Shown: one piece after another, positions 51,187-64,000 of the stretch | Position numbering within the stretch: the first letter of the stretch is position 1 | Layout: the number at the start of each line of letters is the position of its first letter | Assembly: GCF_004010195.1 (NCBI RefSeq) | Contig: NC_057734.1 | Location: forward strand, 9,655,441-9,719,440 | From: Chiloscyllium plagiosum | Taxonomy: Eukaryota | Length of the DNA stretch: 64,000 bases | Reading direction: 5' to 3' | Position numbers and translations under genes: made by a program | The notes under the pieces: generated by a model | The model's input: the letters and a program-made list of their open reading frames with translations, nothing else | Told to the model about the DNA's origin: nothing | Database searches by the model: none

Positions 51187-51699
51187 TTTGGCACCAAATG
51201 TTTCGCAATCCATACTATTCACCTTGTAGAGTAGATATGATATTTGGCAGCCTTTCGAGTATCATCTGGGATGAATTAATCCGTGAATAAATAGGAGTTT
51301 GTGCATGCAGAATTATCTGAAAGCAGGGTGAGAATTTTCATTCTCTGCCCATTACAGATTCGAAGTTAAAGGTCTGTCAGGCAGACCCTGTGTTTAATCT
51401 ATTCATGTCTGAATGGATGCTTCCAGTTCTACAATAGTACCCTGCCTACAACACTGACTCACATTTACATAGCACCTTTAACTTTATACAGTACCCCAAG
51501 ACACTTCACAACAGAATTATGAAACAAAATTTGACACTAAAATGTCAAGGAGTTAGAAGAACAAGTGACCAGATGTGTGCAAAGATCAAAGTGTTAAGAT
51601 TTAATGTGTGCGGTGAGGTTTAGTGAAGGAATTTCAGACTTCATACCGAGGCAGCTGAATGCATGGCTGCTAAATGTAGAGTGATCAAAATTGAAAATG
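51187..51699 (+). repeat. 513-bp direct duplication, copy 2
   Basis: Matches 48792-49304. Confidence 0.95.
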
Positions 51700-52157
51700 C
51701 CCAGCCTTGGATTAGCCAACAGTGGCTACCTTGGCCTAACCTACAACAAAATTGAGATGAATCAAATTGCAAGGATCTGCCCACAAATTCATATTAAGTG
51801 GAGCTTCAAGATAGCTGAGGAAACCTGATGCAAACTGATTTTCTGTTTGAAAAAAGTGTTCAAGGGATGTTAGCATCACTGGTACGCAGACATTTATTAC
51901 CCAGGAAGGATAGTGGTGAGCAGCCTTTTTGAACTGCTGCAGTCCTTGAGGTATGGGACACGCATAGTGCTGTGAGGAAGGGGTTCCAGGATTCTGAACA
52001 AGCTACAGTGAAGGAGTGGTGATATAGTTAGCATGATGTCCATTTTGGAGGGGGCCTGCAGAAAAACATTTGATTACAAACACACTCTACATGGAAAGAA
52101 AAATCCCAAACGCAGTGAGTATATGCAAAATGTGTTCATTTTCAACTACTTTGCACC

Positions 52158-52660
52158 TGTGACAATGCTGCCCCTTTAACAAGGTTATGTTGACCTTGGT
52201 TTTTTTTTAAGAGGCATTATAAAAGGCAGAGTTTCCAATTTGTCTGGGATTTGGGGTCTTTGCTAATGGCTAACAGATACTGCCCAAGACAGCAATCAGG
52301 CAAAAGGCTTTGAGGTTTGTTTTCATAACAGCTGTACAATGAAAGGGGAGTGGCCAGTCCTCCCAGTTCAGGGATTTTTCTAGTTTGGTTTAGTTTTAGC
52401 TGGGGACCCCGAGAAACAGTTGCAGATGGAAAGGGGTTCCATGCTTCAACAAATGATTCCTCCCTGATCCTCTCTCTTTCTGACATCTCTCATGTAAGAT
52501 CTGGTGTTTGAATTACCTTCTTTGCCAAGGGGGGGCGGGGGTGTGTTTATGGGATGTTGCAGGAAATCAGAACAGCTCTTTGTTAAGTTGCGGGGGATAT
52601 CATGTTGGTTGGGTTTTCAAATTGTTGTTATTCTAAATTCTGTTTGGAAAAAGCTCTGTA
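52158..52660 (+). mobile_element. Possible solo-LTR-like fragment
   Basis: Starts TGT and has LTR-like composition; no partner LTR, terminal CA or TSD confirmed. Confidence 0.25.
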
Positions 52661-55600
52661 ATGGTTTTCTGCATAGCGCACTGCCAGTGGATGAGAGGAC
52701 ACAGTCTGTCATGTCATCAGTGCAGCCAACCATGTATTCCATGTTTTTGGGTCTGCAGTGTGAAATTCTGTAGTATCTCTACAGACTTTGCAGCTTCAGC
52801 TGGGAGAATTAGCTGGCATCCATCAAATTCTTCAGAGAGATGTGACCCCTCAGTGGAAAAAATGCTGAGCCTCTGATTGATTCAACCATCCGTTCCATTG
52901 TACATAGCATTCAGTGTCATCCACCTCGGCACACATTTCCATAGTTGTCTCTGCCAGAATTTCCATGCCATTGTGCTGCAGGTGAGAGAAGAGCCTGGTC
53001 TTTGCATTGGTTTTCCTCACCCCAAGCTTCTTCTCAGCATGGCGTGTTCGAACTAGCATGGCAGCATTGGCAAGTGTGGGCTCCCTCCCCATCTTCCCAC
53101 GCAGTCAACTGAGAGAATGTGCAACACCACACAGACTGTTTCCCTGGAATCAAACCCAGGTCCCTGGTGCTGTGAGGTAGCGGTACTAGCCACCATGCCA
53201 ACCCGAATTTCCCAGGGAGATTTTGATTTCAAATGATTCCTTTTTCATGCTGTAGTATGGCCTAATTACACTTAAATTAATTGGTACAAGCATATGGCTA
53301 CTAATCTGGATTTTCTGAAATTTTGGCTTATTACAGGCATTATTTTGTTAGACTTTCTATCCTGCTGGTGAGAATAGCTGACTACTTTGAGACAACCAGA
53401 ATTTTGGGTAATCCAAATTTGACTGAGGGGGTGATCTTATAGAGGCTTCTAAAATCATGAGGGGCACGGATACGGTAAGTAGACAAGGTTGTTTCCCTGG
53501 AGTGGGGGAACTCCAAAACTAGAGGGCTTGGTTTATGCTGAGAGAGGAATGATTTAAGAGGTCTAAGAGGCAACTTTTTCATGCAGAGGGTGGTGCATGT
53601 ATGGAATGAGCTGCCAGAGGGAGTGGTGGTACACTTACAATGTTTCAAGGGCATCTGGATGGGTTTATGAATAGGAAGGGTTTTGAGAAATACGGGCCAA
53701 GTGCTGGCCAATGGGACAAGACTAATTTAGGATATTTGGTCCGCATGGATGAGTTGGACCCAAGGATCTGTTTCCCTGCTGTATATCACTATTGCTGGTT
53801 GCAGTTTCACTGAATGAATTAGATATTCCAGCAGCCACAGCAGGAATGTAAAAGCAGTTTAGCTTGAAGTAAACTAGAGTCTGGGGTACACCTAGTTGCA
53901 CAAGACATTCCGCTTACCAACTGAATGCTTTGGGTATTGTGAAGAGGAGGCTTCCACAAGTGCAGTTTTCCAGCCTGCAGTAAATAGTTGTGGTGAATTC
54001 AGCTTTCATTCCTAAAACATCACAAAGCTTTTCTGTGTGCTAGGTGGTTGCTGTCCACTAGGGAGAGCCACAGCACATTTAAAATTGTACAATGACAGAA
54101 TCATTACAGTAAGACATCTTTCTAAACAAAGGGATATAAAATGCCCTTTACTTGTTTCCTTTATCAGAAATAACCTAACCATTCATCTCTTGGGCTGTAT
54201 CTCACTTGGAAGACTATGGGATATTCTCATACCAGTCTGTTTTGCAACAAACACCCTGGTGTTTCCTTAAATCTTCTCCATTGATTGTGATCACAGGCTT
54301 AGGAAGGTTATTTGTTTGTTAATTGATCTTCCCAGCTGTACCTTGAGTCTTCCCATTGTGGTACCCAGTTATATGTCTTAAGTTGTTTATGCATACAGCA
54401 ACAACTTACATTTATATAATGTCATTAATAGCACAAAAACATCCCATGGCACTTCATAAATGACTAGTCCACTGCCTGACTTCGAGGCTACTCATTATTT
54501 TAACCTCTTCTTATGTGAATATGTCGAGGAGTCTTATCAAGGAAGACTTTTTCATTGGTAGTTTCAATCACGGTCTACGTGCCTTTTTTTTTGATAAATG
54601 TAAATGTTTACTAAGGGACAAAGTACCTGCGTACAATTATTAATGGCACTGTCAATCATTAAAAATTTCTTTTTGTCTTGTGAGCCTATCAGCACTTATA
54701 CAAGATGAAAGAGCAGATAGAAGACAATTAAATATTCTGTCAACTGTGATAAAAGGATGACTTGTTATAATAGTTGTGGAATCATGGGATTTGTTGCATG
54801 CTGGCATACTATGACCATAGGCAAGAAGTATGGTCAGTTGAATTTGTACTGGAAGATGCTTATACACTCAGTGAGCTGATCCTCCTAGTCATTGATGAGT
54901 CTGCAGAAGTAAGCAATAGAACATTCTGGGATTGAAAGGAAAGAGCTGAGTTTACTGCAGATTGTCAGCTGGGTGTGCACAGTGGCAGATATAGCTAGCT
55001 TCTCTTTGGGAAAGCAGAGGTTTTTGTTTTTGCTGTAAAATATGCATTTTCTAGCATGACCCTTTTTTAGGTTGGAAAATCCAGGAGTGGGAAACAGGCC
55101 TGATTTTTTTTTTCTTTTAATCTGATTCTCTCCCTAGTGTCCTGGCCAATAGTTATCGTTCAATAGATTGCACATTATAAAATATCTGTGGGTGCTTGCT
55201 GTGAACAAGTTGACTGGGACATTTTTTATATTGCAACAATGACTAATACTTCAAAATGCTCAATTGCCTGTAAAAGACTTTTGCAACATCTTAAATTAGT
55301 GAACAGCATGATATAAATGTAAGTCTGTTTAACAGTAGCTTGTCTATCAGAATGTCAGCATTTAGCCTGTTTGGTATACTTGATAAATGTGTAAGAAAAC
55401 CATTTCCCCTTTTATGATATAAACCTGCTCTTTGGAAAGGGCATAGCTGCGTAAAATGTCAAGCACTTTTCTTGAATAAAAACAGAAAATGCTAGAGGAA
55501 CTCTTCAAACTCTTTGAGGAGTCAAATTGCACCTGAAATATTAACTCTGCTTTCTTGGTAGATGCTACCAAACCTGCTAGATTTTCCAGCATCTATGTTT

Positions 55601-56759
55601 GCTTTTATTTGAACTATTTCCTTGTCCTACTTTGTGATTTTTGACTTAGTTTGCATTTGTCAGCGGTGCTATAGAAATACATGTTTGTTTTTGCTCGTGC
55701 TGAGGCTTGAAAGACCTTTTTGTTCAAACATCAGTACAATTTATTCCAAACAAATTTTTTCTGATAGCGAGATTTAATAAAATCTGCAATTTAAAGTTGT
55801 ATGGGATTAATGGAATATATAAGGAGATCAGGGAAAGAATGGAATTTGATTTCATGGGCTTATATTGGAAATTATGTCCACGTAACTGCTTTCTGAAGAA
55901 GAGGGTAAAGTTTCTCTTCAAAATAAATGGGACTGTCTTATAAAATAACCCAATCAATTTTGCAACCAATCATAGCATTTTCTTTCAATGTAAGAAGCAA
56001 AATTGTTGTTTGTTTAATATGTACTGCTTTTCCTCCCCTATTAATACTTATTAAAATTCTGCAGTTCTGGTCTCCCTACTATAAGAAGGATGTTGTGAAA
56101 CTAGGAAGCCAGGACTTTGAGCTATATGGAGAGGCTGAATAGACTGGAGCTATTTTCCCTGGAGCATTAGAGGCTGAGTGGTGATCTCATATTGGTTTAT
56201 AAGGTCATGAGGGACATGGAGAGGGTAAATAACCAAGGTCTTTTCCCCAGAGTAGGGGAGTCCAAAACTAGAGGGCATAGGTTTACAGTGAGAGTGGAAG
56301 GATTTAAAAGGGACCTAAGGGGCAATGTTTTCACCAAGTGGATGGTGTGGGTATGGAATGAACTGCCAGAGGAAGTAGTGGAGACTGCTACAATTACAAT
56401 ATTTTATTTTAAAACACCATAAGCTTATGAAACCAACATCAAAGGCTTAAATTAATTAAAAGTAGCAAATCCACAGTGGAGAAAGGAAGTTTTACCATAG
56501 CATCACGTAAAACCATGACCTGGCTTCTGATCCAGCCGAGCTGAGTACGTACATCTCTTGTCCTTTTTAAAATATCCTAATCTAATGCACATTGATCAGT
56601 CTCATTCCAGTTTTCAATGGGCATAAATCACACTGCAAGAATTTTTAAAAAGATGATGACAATCTTATTCTAACAGTTTGAAAGATGGCTGAAGGATGTT
56701 TCCCTGTCCTGGATGCTGAGGCACATGTTCAGAGCAATTACAGACCGTTCTCTGTATCA

Positions 56760-56966
56760 GGAGAAAGTGAGGTCTGCAGATGCTGGAGATCAAAGTTGAA
56801 ACTTTATTGCTGGAACAGCACAGCAGGTCAGGCAGCATCCAGGGAACAGGAGATTCGACGTTTCGGGCACAGGCCTGAAGAAGGGCCTGTGCCCGAAACG
56901 TTGAATCTCCTGTTCCCTGGATGCTGCCTGACCTGCTGTGCTGTTCCAGCAATAAAGTTTCAACAA
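56760..56966. mobile_element. Fold-back Penelope-tail element, 14-bp TSD
   Basis: Inverted arms; CGTTCTCTGTATCA at 56746-56759 and 56967-56980. Confidence 0.88.
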
Positions 56967-57392
56967 CGTTCTCTGTATCAACCTATGCTATATATCACCT
57001 GGGATTACTGAGTGTTGACACTGTGTGTTTGAAAGGGGAAATGTTTCTTTTGCTAGCACAAACATTACTTCCCTCCAGTGTTAAATTACCACAACATGTA
57101 AATTGACGGAAGAAAATTAAATCCCATGTGTGCTTTACAAACTTATAGGAGGACATTTTCTAAATTGAATGCAGCTCCAGTATTTAACATTACTTTAAGG
57201 CTTTCCTGCATCTACTGATGCACCAGATAGACTGAGCACGTGCTTATATCGGCTTTCACACAGAGTTATTTGTGAAACAGGTTTCTAAGTTGTCATTGAC
57301 TTAGTGTTATTAGGGAGAAGAAAGTTAACCGATATCAGCACATATATGTTGGTTTGTCTAATCTTTCTCATTTATTGTTCCTTTATGTCTAG

Positions 57393-57483
57393 GTGTAACT
57401 ATTTCTTTCTCTATGATACTTCAAAAGTTAAAGAAGAGGGCGATCCAACGAGAGCTGGTATCTATTATTTTTTCCCTTCACAG
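57393..57483 (+). CDS. HPS4: HPS4 coding exon 2 (91 nt)
   Basis: [30 protein letters not shown], start of the longin domain; tctag acceptor, CAG|GTGAGA donor. Confidence 0.93.
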
Positions 57484-57619
57484 GTGAGACTCGAAATTAA
57501 AGTGGTAGTTTACTTCTTTTGGAGGGGAAGAGGGACAAACCAGGATTCCTGTATCAATGTAATTAAATTAACTTAATTTATGAACAAAATGGCAATACAT
57601 TTCAATACCCTCACGTTTA

Positions 57620-57915
57620 GATTAGAATCCCTCCAATATGGAAACAGGCCCAATGAGTCCACCCCAACCCTCTGAAGAGTAACCCACCCAGACCCATTCT
57701 CCTACCCTATATTTAACCCCCGACTAATGCATCTAACACTGTAGGCGACCTGGCATGGCCAACTCATCTGGCCTGCACACCTTTTGATTGTGGGAGGAAA
57801 CCCACACAGACACAGCGAGAATATGCAAACTCCAGACAGACAGTCACCTGAGGTGGGAATTGAACCCAGGTCCCTGGCACTGTGAGGTAGCAGCACTAAC
57901 CATTGAGCTGCCCCT
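57620..57915 (-). mobile_element. V-SINE (HE1-like)
   Basis: Reverse complement of the same SINE consensus. Confidence 0.78.
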
Positions 57916-58339
57916 ATGTTTATGTTTTGTTTTAACAAATGCTTTCTGAATTTACCCTAAATGATCAATGTAACTGACTATAAATGTTACACTTCTTAGA
58001 AAGAGTTATTGAGTAACAGTTTGGAGTGAGAACCTTCCTGTGTGAGTTTCCTTTCATTTCAATCACTCTGAAGATGTCAGATTATGCAGAATTACAGTCC
58101 TGCACAAGAGGACACATCCAAGTTGTCATGTATTCCTCCTGGGTGTGGGCAGAGTAGCAAGCATAAAAGGGATGTTGAGGGTGGGGGGCAATCCTTTTCA
58201 GCTGCCCATATTATTCTCATCCAGTCTTTATGTGAACATACACCATGGGCAGTTATGTGTAATGATTCATTTATTTTCCCAGTCTGTAATACTTAGCCAA
58301 TGAACTGCCATGTTGATGGAGATAAATTATTACATCATC

Positions 58340-60070
58340 ATCTTCTGACGTCCACAACATAAGAGATGTCAGTCTTCAGCCAATATGACTTTTGCCATAT
58401 GATATCAAAAAATAGCTAAATTCACTGGACTTTGCACAGACTATGGGCCCTGGCAAGTTATAGAATCATAGACAGAGGTCATAAAGCACAGAAACAGACC
58501 GTTCAGTCCAACCAGTCCATGTTGACCATAATCCCAAACTAAACTAGTCTTACCTGCCTGCGCTTGGCCCATATCCCTCCAACTCCTCCTTATTCATGTG
58601 CTTATCTAAATATCTTAAATGTTGTATCTGTGCTCGCATCCACCACTTCTTTGTTTTCTGTGTTTGTTTTTCTGTCAGTAATAATAAAAATTTGTGCTTA
58701 AGAACTTGCCTTAACCAAATGATTCCACTATGGCTCCAACACTAGCATCTACCTGGCAATGTGGAAAATTGCCCAGGTATGTTCTGTACACAAAAGCAAG
58801 ACAAGTCCAACCTGGCCAATTACCATCAGTAGTGTACCTTCAGTTATTAGCAAAGTGATGGAATGGTTGTTGACAAGTGGCACTTGCTCAGCAATAACTG
58901 ACTCACTGAGGCTCAGTTTGGTTTCCACAGGGGCCACTCTGCTCCTGACCTCGCAGAGCCTTGGTCCAATTGTGGTCAAAAGAGGTGAACGCCAGAGGTG
59001 AGATAAGATTGATAACACTTGATATCAAGGCAGCATTTGACCAAGTGTGCCATCGAGAAGTCTTGGCAAAACTGGAGTCATTAAGAGCTGAGGAAAAACT
59101 TTGTTGGTTGGAGTCATAAATTGCACAAAGGAAGACACTTAGGTTTGTTGGAGGTTAGTCATCACTACCCAGGTTATCATCGAAGAGGTTCCTCAGGGTA
59201 GTATCCCAGGGCCAATAAATGACCATGCCTCCATCATAAGGCCAGAGATGGTGGTGTTTGGTGATAATTGCAGAACATTCAGTGCCATTCATAACTTATT
59301 GGGTAGGGAAGAAGACTATGTACATATGTAGCAAAATCTGGACAACATCCAGGTTTGGATGGCAAATAACATTCACACCAAAGAATTGTAGGCAATGACC
59401 ATCTCAGCCAAGAGAGAATCTAGTTTCCCCTTGACGTTCATTAGCATTAACATTGCTGAATTTTCCTAAGATGGCCGTCCTAGGACTGAAACTGAAGTGG
59501 GCACCCATATAAATGCAATGGCCACAAGAGTGGTGAACAACATGCTTCCTTACTCCTTACTCACAAGTCAGGGATTTGATGGAGTATTCTCCATTTGCCT
59601 GGATGAGTGTAGCTCCAATAACACTGGAGAAGCCTTTTAGGATGAAGCAGCCGCTTGACCTCTTCAATACTCACTCTCTCCACCACCAGTATGTGGTAGC
59701 AGCATTTTGTACCTTTCACAAGACGCATGCAGCAACTCATCAAGGTTTGTTTAACAGTATCTTTCACACATGAGACCTCTATTACCTGGAAGAACAAGAG
59801 CAGCAGATGCTTAGGAACACCACCAAGTTCCCCTCTAAGCCACTCATCATCCTAACTTGGAATCCTATCAGCATTCCTTTACAATTGCTGGTCAAAATCC
59901 TGAAATGTCACCCTTCCTTCTTAACAGGACTGTGGATGTATATTCATCTGAAAGGCCTGCAGATGTGCAAGAAGGCAGTTCACTACCACCTTTGCAAAGG
60001 CCATTAGGGATGGGCAATAAACACTGGCCTAGCAAATGGCACTCTCATCCTGTGAACAAATGAATAAAAA
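58340..60070 (+). mobile_element. Older copy of the same LINE family as 7185-9435, with a CR1 3' fragment inserted at ~58460-58650
   Basis: WKIAQVCSVHK, VPQGS and MEYSPFAWM remnants; same 3' tail GGGCAATAAA..CTGGCCTAGC. Confidence 0.75.
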
Positions 60071-60377
60071 CTTTTACCTGATTACCAGCTAAATTTAGGA
60101 AATCTGAAGGTTCTCTTTAATTTTAAAACCATCAATTATTTGTTTGTCATTTGTTGCTCACTTCTCCTCGGTACTATTGTGTACTAGAGTCATGTTTAAT
60201 GTCTGAGCGACCGTTTCCACAGGTAAGCTTAGATTGTGAATGTTGTCATATTTGTCAACTGGAAAGAAGCCAACGTGGTTGAATCTGTTGTCCGTCGTCT
60301 GCATTTGAACACCTGACTTATTGGTGAGCAGGCTTCAGAATGTAGCTGATTTCCATACCCCACAGGTCTCAATTATT

Positions 60378-60725
60378 GGGCTGCATGGTGTCTCAGTGGT
60401 TAGTACTGATGCCTCACAGCACCAGGGATCTGGGTTCAATTCCAACCTTTGGTGACTGTGTGGAGTTTGCATGTACTCTCCATGTCTTGTGTGGCTTTTG
60501 TCCAGGTGCCCTGCTTTCCTCCCACAGTCCAAAGCTGTGCAGATTAGATGGATCGGCCATGCGCAATTGTCCATCGTGACTAGGCACGTGCAGGCTGGGA
60601 GGATTAGAAATGGTAAATGCAGTGTCATGGAGATAGGGTAGAGGGTTTGGGTCTGTGTGGGATGCTCTTTGGTGGGTTGGTTTAGACTCAATGGCCTATT
60701 TCCACACTGTAGGATTCTATGATTC
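60378..60725 (+). mobile_element. V-SINE (HE1-like); another copy at ~25497-25800
   Basis: tRNA-like head, V-domain, tail ending ATTCTATGATTCTAT. Confidence 0.78.
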
Positions 60726-61004
60726 TATTTCTAACGCTCCGTTAGCCACCTAGCTGAAATCAGCTAAGACCATCCTAACTGGGAACTGGCCTCCTGGCCT
60801 ATGTGGCTCAGCTTTGCTGTGCCTTTTGCAAATTTAGCAACTGGGAGTCACTTGTTTAAATTTTAAAAATGTGGTCCGGTAAGTTGCAACATTTCATCCT
60901 CAAATAAAAGTCACTTGAAAAGTTTTCTTTCCATTTTAGATCCATCTTTTTCTCCTGTCTCTTTTGACTGACTCTCTAAATCTTAACTCACTTTTCTTGA
61001 ACAG

Positions 61005-61148
61005 ACTACTCTTGACCAACAGGAATTGCTGTGTGGGCAGATAGCTGGTGTGGTTTGCTGCATTAGTGAAATTTCTGGATCACCACCCAGTTTAATCCAC
61101 TTGCGAAAGCTGAAGTTTGCTATCCGGTTGGATGGGGAATACCTTTGG
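61005..61148 (+). CDS. HPS4: HPS4 coding exon 3 (144 nt)
   Basis: [48 protein letters not shown]; aacag acceptor, TGG|GTATGT donor. Confidence 0.93.
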
Positions 61149-61279
61149 GTATGTATAAGTGCCTTTCACAGCAAAAGGATGAGTGTCTATTTATCAAGAC
61201 AATGCAGATTTCCCCCATCCCACCACCACCTCCAAACTGTAAATATCTCTTCTGGGATAGAAGTGACCTGTAGAAGAAA

Positions 61280-63210
61280 GACAGGTTACACCTGAATTGG
61301 AAGAGGACTATTATACTGGCAGGGAGATTTGCTAGAGCTGCTCAGGAGGATTTACACTAGTGAAAGGGGAGGAGGTGTAATTGGAATCCAGGGAGATAGT
61401 GAGGAAAGAAATCAGTCCTAGACTGGTACAGTTAGGAAAAGGAGCAAGTTAAACAGTCAGGGTAGGCAGGAACAAAGCAGAGACTGAGGTCGGACTGATA
61501 AATGAAACTGCATTTATTTCAATGTAAAAGGCCGAACAGGTAAGGCAGATGAACTCAGGGCATGATTGAGAACATGACACTGGGACATCATAACAATTAC
61601 AGAAATATGGCTCAGAGGTGGACAGGACTGGCAGCTTAAGGTTACAAGCTATAGATGCTATAGGAAGGATAGAAAGGGGGGCAAGAGAGGAGGGGGAGTG
61701 GCATTTTTGATTTGGGATCACATCACGGCTGTACTTGGGGAGGATATTCCTGGGAATAGTCCTGGGAAGTTATTTGGGTGGAACTAAAAAATAAGAAAGG
61801 TATGATCACCTTTATTGGGATTGTACTATAGACCCCACCAAACAGTCAGCGGGAAAATGAGAAACAAACTTGTAAGGAGGTCTCAGTTCTCTGTAAGAAT
61901 AATAGAGTAGTTATGGTAGGGGATTTTAACTTTCCTAACATAGACTGGGACTGTCATAGTGTAAAGGGTTTAGATGGAGAGGAATTTGTTAAGTGTGTAC
62001 AAGAAAATTTTCTGGTTCATGTGTGGATGTACCTACTAGAGGAGGTACAAAACTTGACCTCTTGGGAAATAAAGCAGGGCAGGTGACTGAGGTGTCAGTG
62101 GGGGAGCACTTTGGGGCCAGCGACCATAATTCTACTAGTTTTAAAATAATGATGGAAAAGGATAGACCGGATATAAAAGTTGAAGTTCTAAATTGGAGGA
62201 AGGCTAATTTTGACGGTATGAGACAAGAACTTTCGAAAGCTGATTGAGTCAGATGTTCGCAGGTAAAGGGACGGCTGGAAACTGAGGCGTCTTCAAAAAT
62301 TAGATAATAAGAGTCCAGAGACAGAGTGTTCCTGTTAGGATGTCGGGCAAGGATGGTAGCTGTAGAGAGTGCTGGATGACTAAAGAAATTGAGGTTATGG
62401 TTAGGTATAGAAAGAAGAAATTGAGTAAATCCCTAGAAGATGAGAAAGGCAGTCTGTATATACTTAAGATGGAAATCAGGAGGGCAAAAAGGGGACATGC
62501 GTTGGCAACTAGCTTTAAGGAGAATCTAAAGGAATTCTACAAATATATTAAGGACAAAAGAATAACTAGGGAGAGAATAAGACCCCTTAAAGATCAGCAA
62601 GGTCACAGATGTGTGGAACTGCAGGAGATGGAGGAGATACCAAATGAGTATTTCGTATCAGTGTTTGCTGTGCAGAGAATATGGAAGATAGAGAACATGA
62701 GGAAATAAATAGCGACATCTTGAAAAGTGTCCATATTATAGAGGAGGAGGTGCTGAATGGCTTAAAATGCATATGGGTGGAGGGTTTGAGCTGCAGGGAG
62801 AGGCTAAGTAGGCTGTGGCTGTTTTCCCTGGAGTGTTGGAGGCTGATCTTATAGAGGTTTATAAAATCATGAGGGGCATGGATAGGATGAATAGCCAAAG
62901 CCTTTTTCCCAGGGTAGGGGAGTCCAAAACTAGAGGAAATAGGTTTAGGGTGAGAGGGGTAAGATTTAAAAAGACCTAAGGGGCAACTTTTTCATGTAGA
63001 GGGTAGTGCATATATGGAATGAGCTATTAGAGGAAGTGGTGGAGGCTGGTACAATTACAATACTTAAAAGGCATTTTGGTTGGGTATATGAATAGGAAGG
63101 GTTTAGAGGGATATGGGCCAAATACTGGCAAATGGAATAAATTAATTTAGGATATCTAGTTGGCATGGACGAGTTGGACTGAAGGGTCTGTTTCTGAGCT
63201 GTACATCTGA
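61280..63210 (+). mobile_element. CR1 LINE, APE endonuclease region joined at ~62770 to the 3' end (RT core deleted)
   Basis: ITEIWL, GDFNFPNIDWD, PTRGGTKLDL, VGEHFGASDHNS, then a jump to the LIEVYKIMRG...WNELLEEVVEAG tail. Confidence 0.85.
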
Positions 63211-63243
63211 GACTTTTCAGATATTTTCTCTCTTCTGTTGTAG

Positions 63244-63351
63244 GCTCTTGGATGTTCTGTAGAAGTCCCTGATGTGAGCTGTAAACGATTTCTGGATCAA
63301 CTTGTCGGCATCTTTACATTTTACAATGGATCTAGTCAGCATGTATACCAG
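63244..63351 (+). CDS. HPS4: HPS4 coding exon 4 (108 nt); the gene continues past the window
   Basis: [36 protein letters not shown]; ttgtag acceptor, CAG|GTAATG donor. Confidence 0.92.
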
Positions 63352-64000
63352 GTAATGCTTTTCAATTGCAAAGTTCTGAAGAGTGGTCACTGGGCCCGAA
63401 ACTTTGACTTTCCTTTTTCTTAACAGGTGCTGAGTTTCTCCTGCAATTTCTATTTTGTTGCTCGCTACTATTTCTTTAAGTGTTTTTCTGAGTTGACCAT
63501 GTCTTTACTAAGTGAAAGTGAGGATTGAGATGCTGGAGATTAGTCAAGAGTGTGGTGCTGGAAAAGCACAGCAGGTCAGGCAGCATCCGAGGAGCAGGAA
63601 AATCGACATTTCGGGCAAAAGCCCTTCATCACCTATATCTATCAATCAGTCAGTCATACAATTCTTGTATTCCTGGATGACCACCATTTAAACATTATCT
63701 TCCTTTAGTTCGAGTGGATCTTGTGTTTGTTTGTGCGATACATAATAAAGATGTGCTTATTTGGTGACTGTAAAAACCTGGTATCACATCTACTGATTTG
63801 ATCAAAATAGATCCAAGCATTCATCAAGCACATAGTCAGTGATAAAGAAAATTGTGATTTTTAACTTGTTGTTTAGTGTTGCAATTTTACAATATACAGC
63901 AGAATCCAGTGTGAGAGTTCATTATGACCAATAGAATTGTGGTATTCTCAGAACCCATTAGGATGTATAGGAATTAGTTTCAAATAGAAGTAAATTGTGA

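Noticed and set aside
48792-51699. LTR retrotransposon (paired direct repeats)
   Set aside because: No TG...CA termini, PBS/PPT, TSD or gag/pol remnants.

Overview
Eukaryotic, repeat-rich vertebrate DNA. The repeat content (HE1-like V-SINEs, CR1 LINEs, Deu-type SINEs, Penelope-like elements) suggests a shark or other elasmobranch; this is an inference. Three spliced genes can be read from the sequence. SLC7A4 (minus strand) has two large coding exons, and its 3' exons were not found, so they probably lie left of the window. DGCR6 (minus) is complete, with 5 coding exons and about 196 aa. HPS4 (plus) has its first four coding exons here and continues to the right. DGCR6 and HPS4 are head-to-head around a CpG-rich promoter (~41.9-42.3 kb) carrying a 54-bp x4 tandem array of YY1-type motifs and a CLEAR-like E-box. 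The most notable non-genic signal is a set of short (130-220 bp) fold-back insertions with 12-15 bp target-site duplications. They come from three sequence families; two are tied directly to Penelope-like element tails in this window and carry minimal hammerhead-ribozyme-like cores (CUGANGA...GAAAC). Also present are a templated inverted insertion in a DGCR6 intron, a 513-bp local duplication in an HPS4 intron, and a degenerate telomere-like array next to the SLC7A4 start exon. Gene identities rest on recalled similarity to vertebrate proteins, not on a database search.
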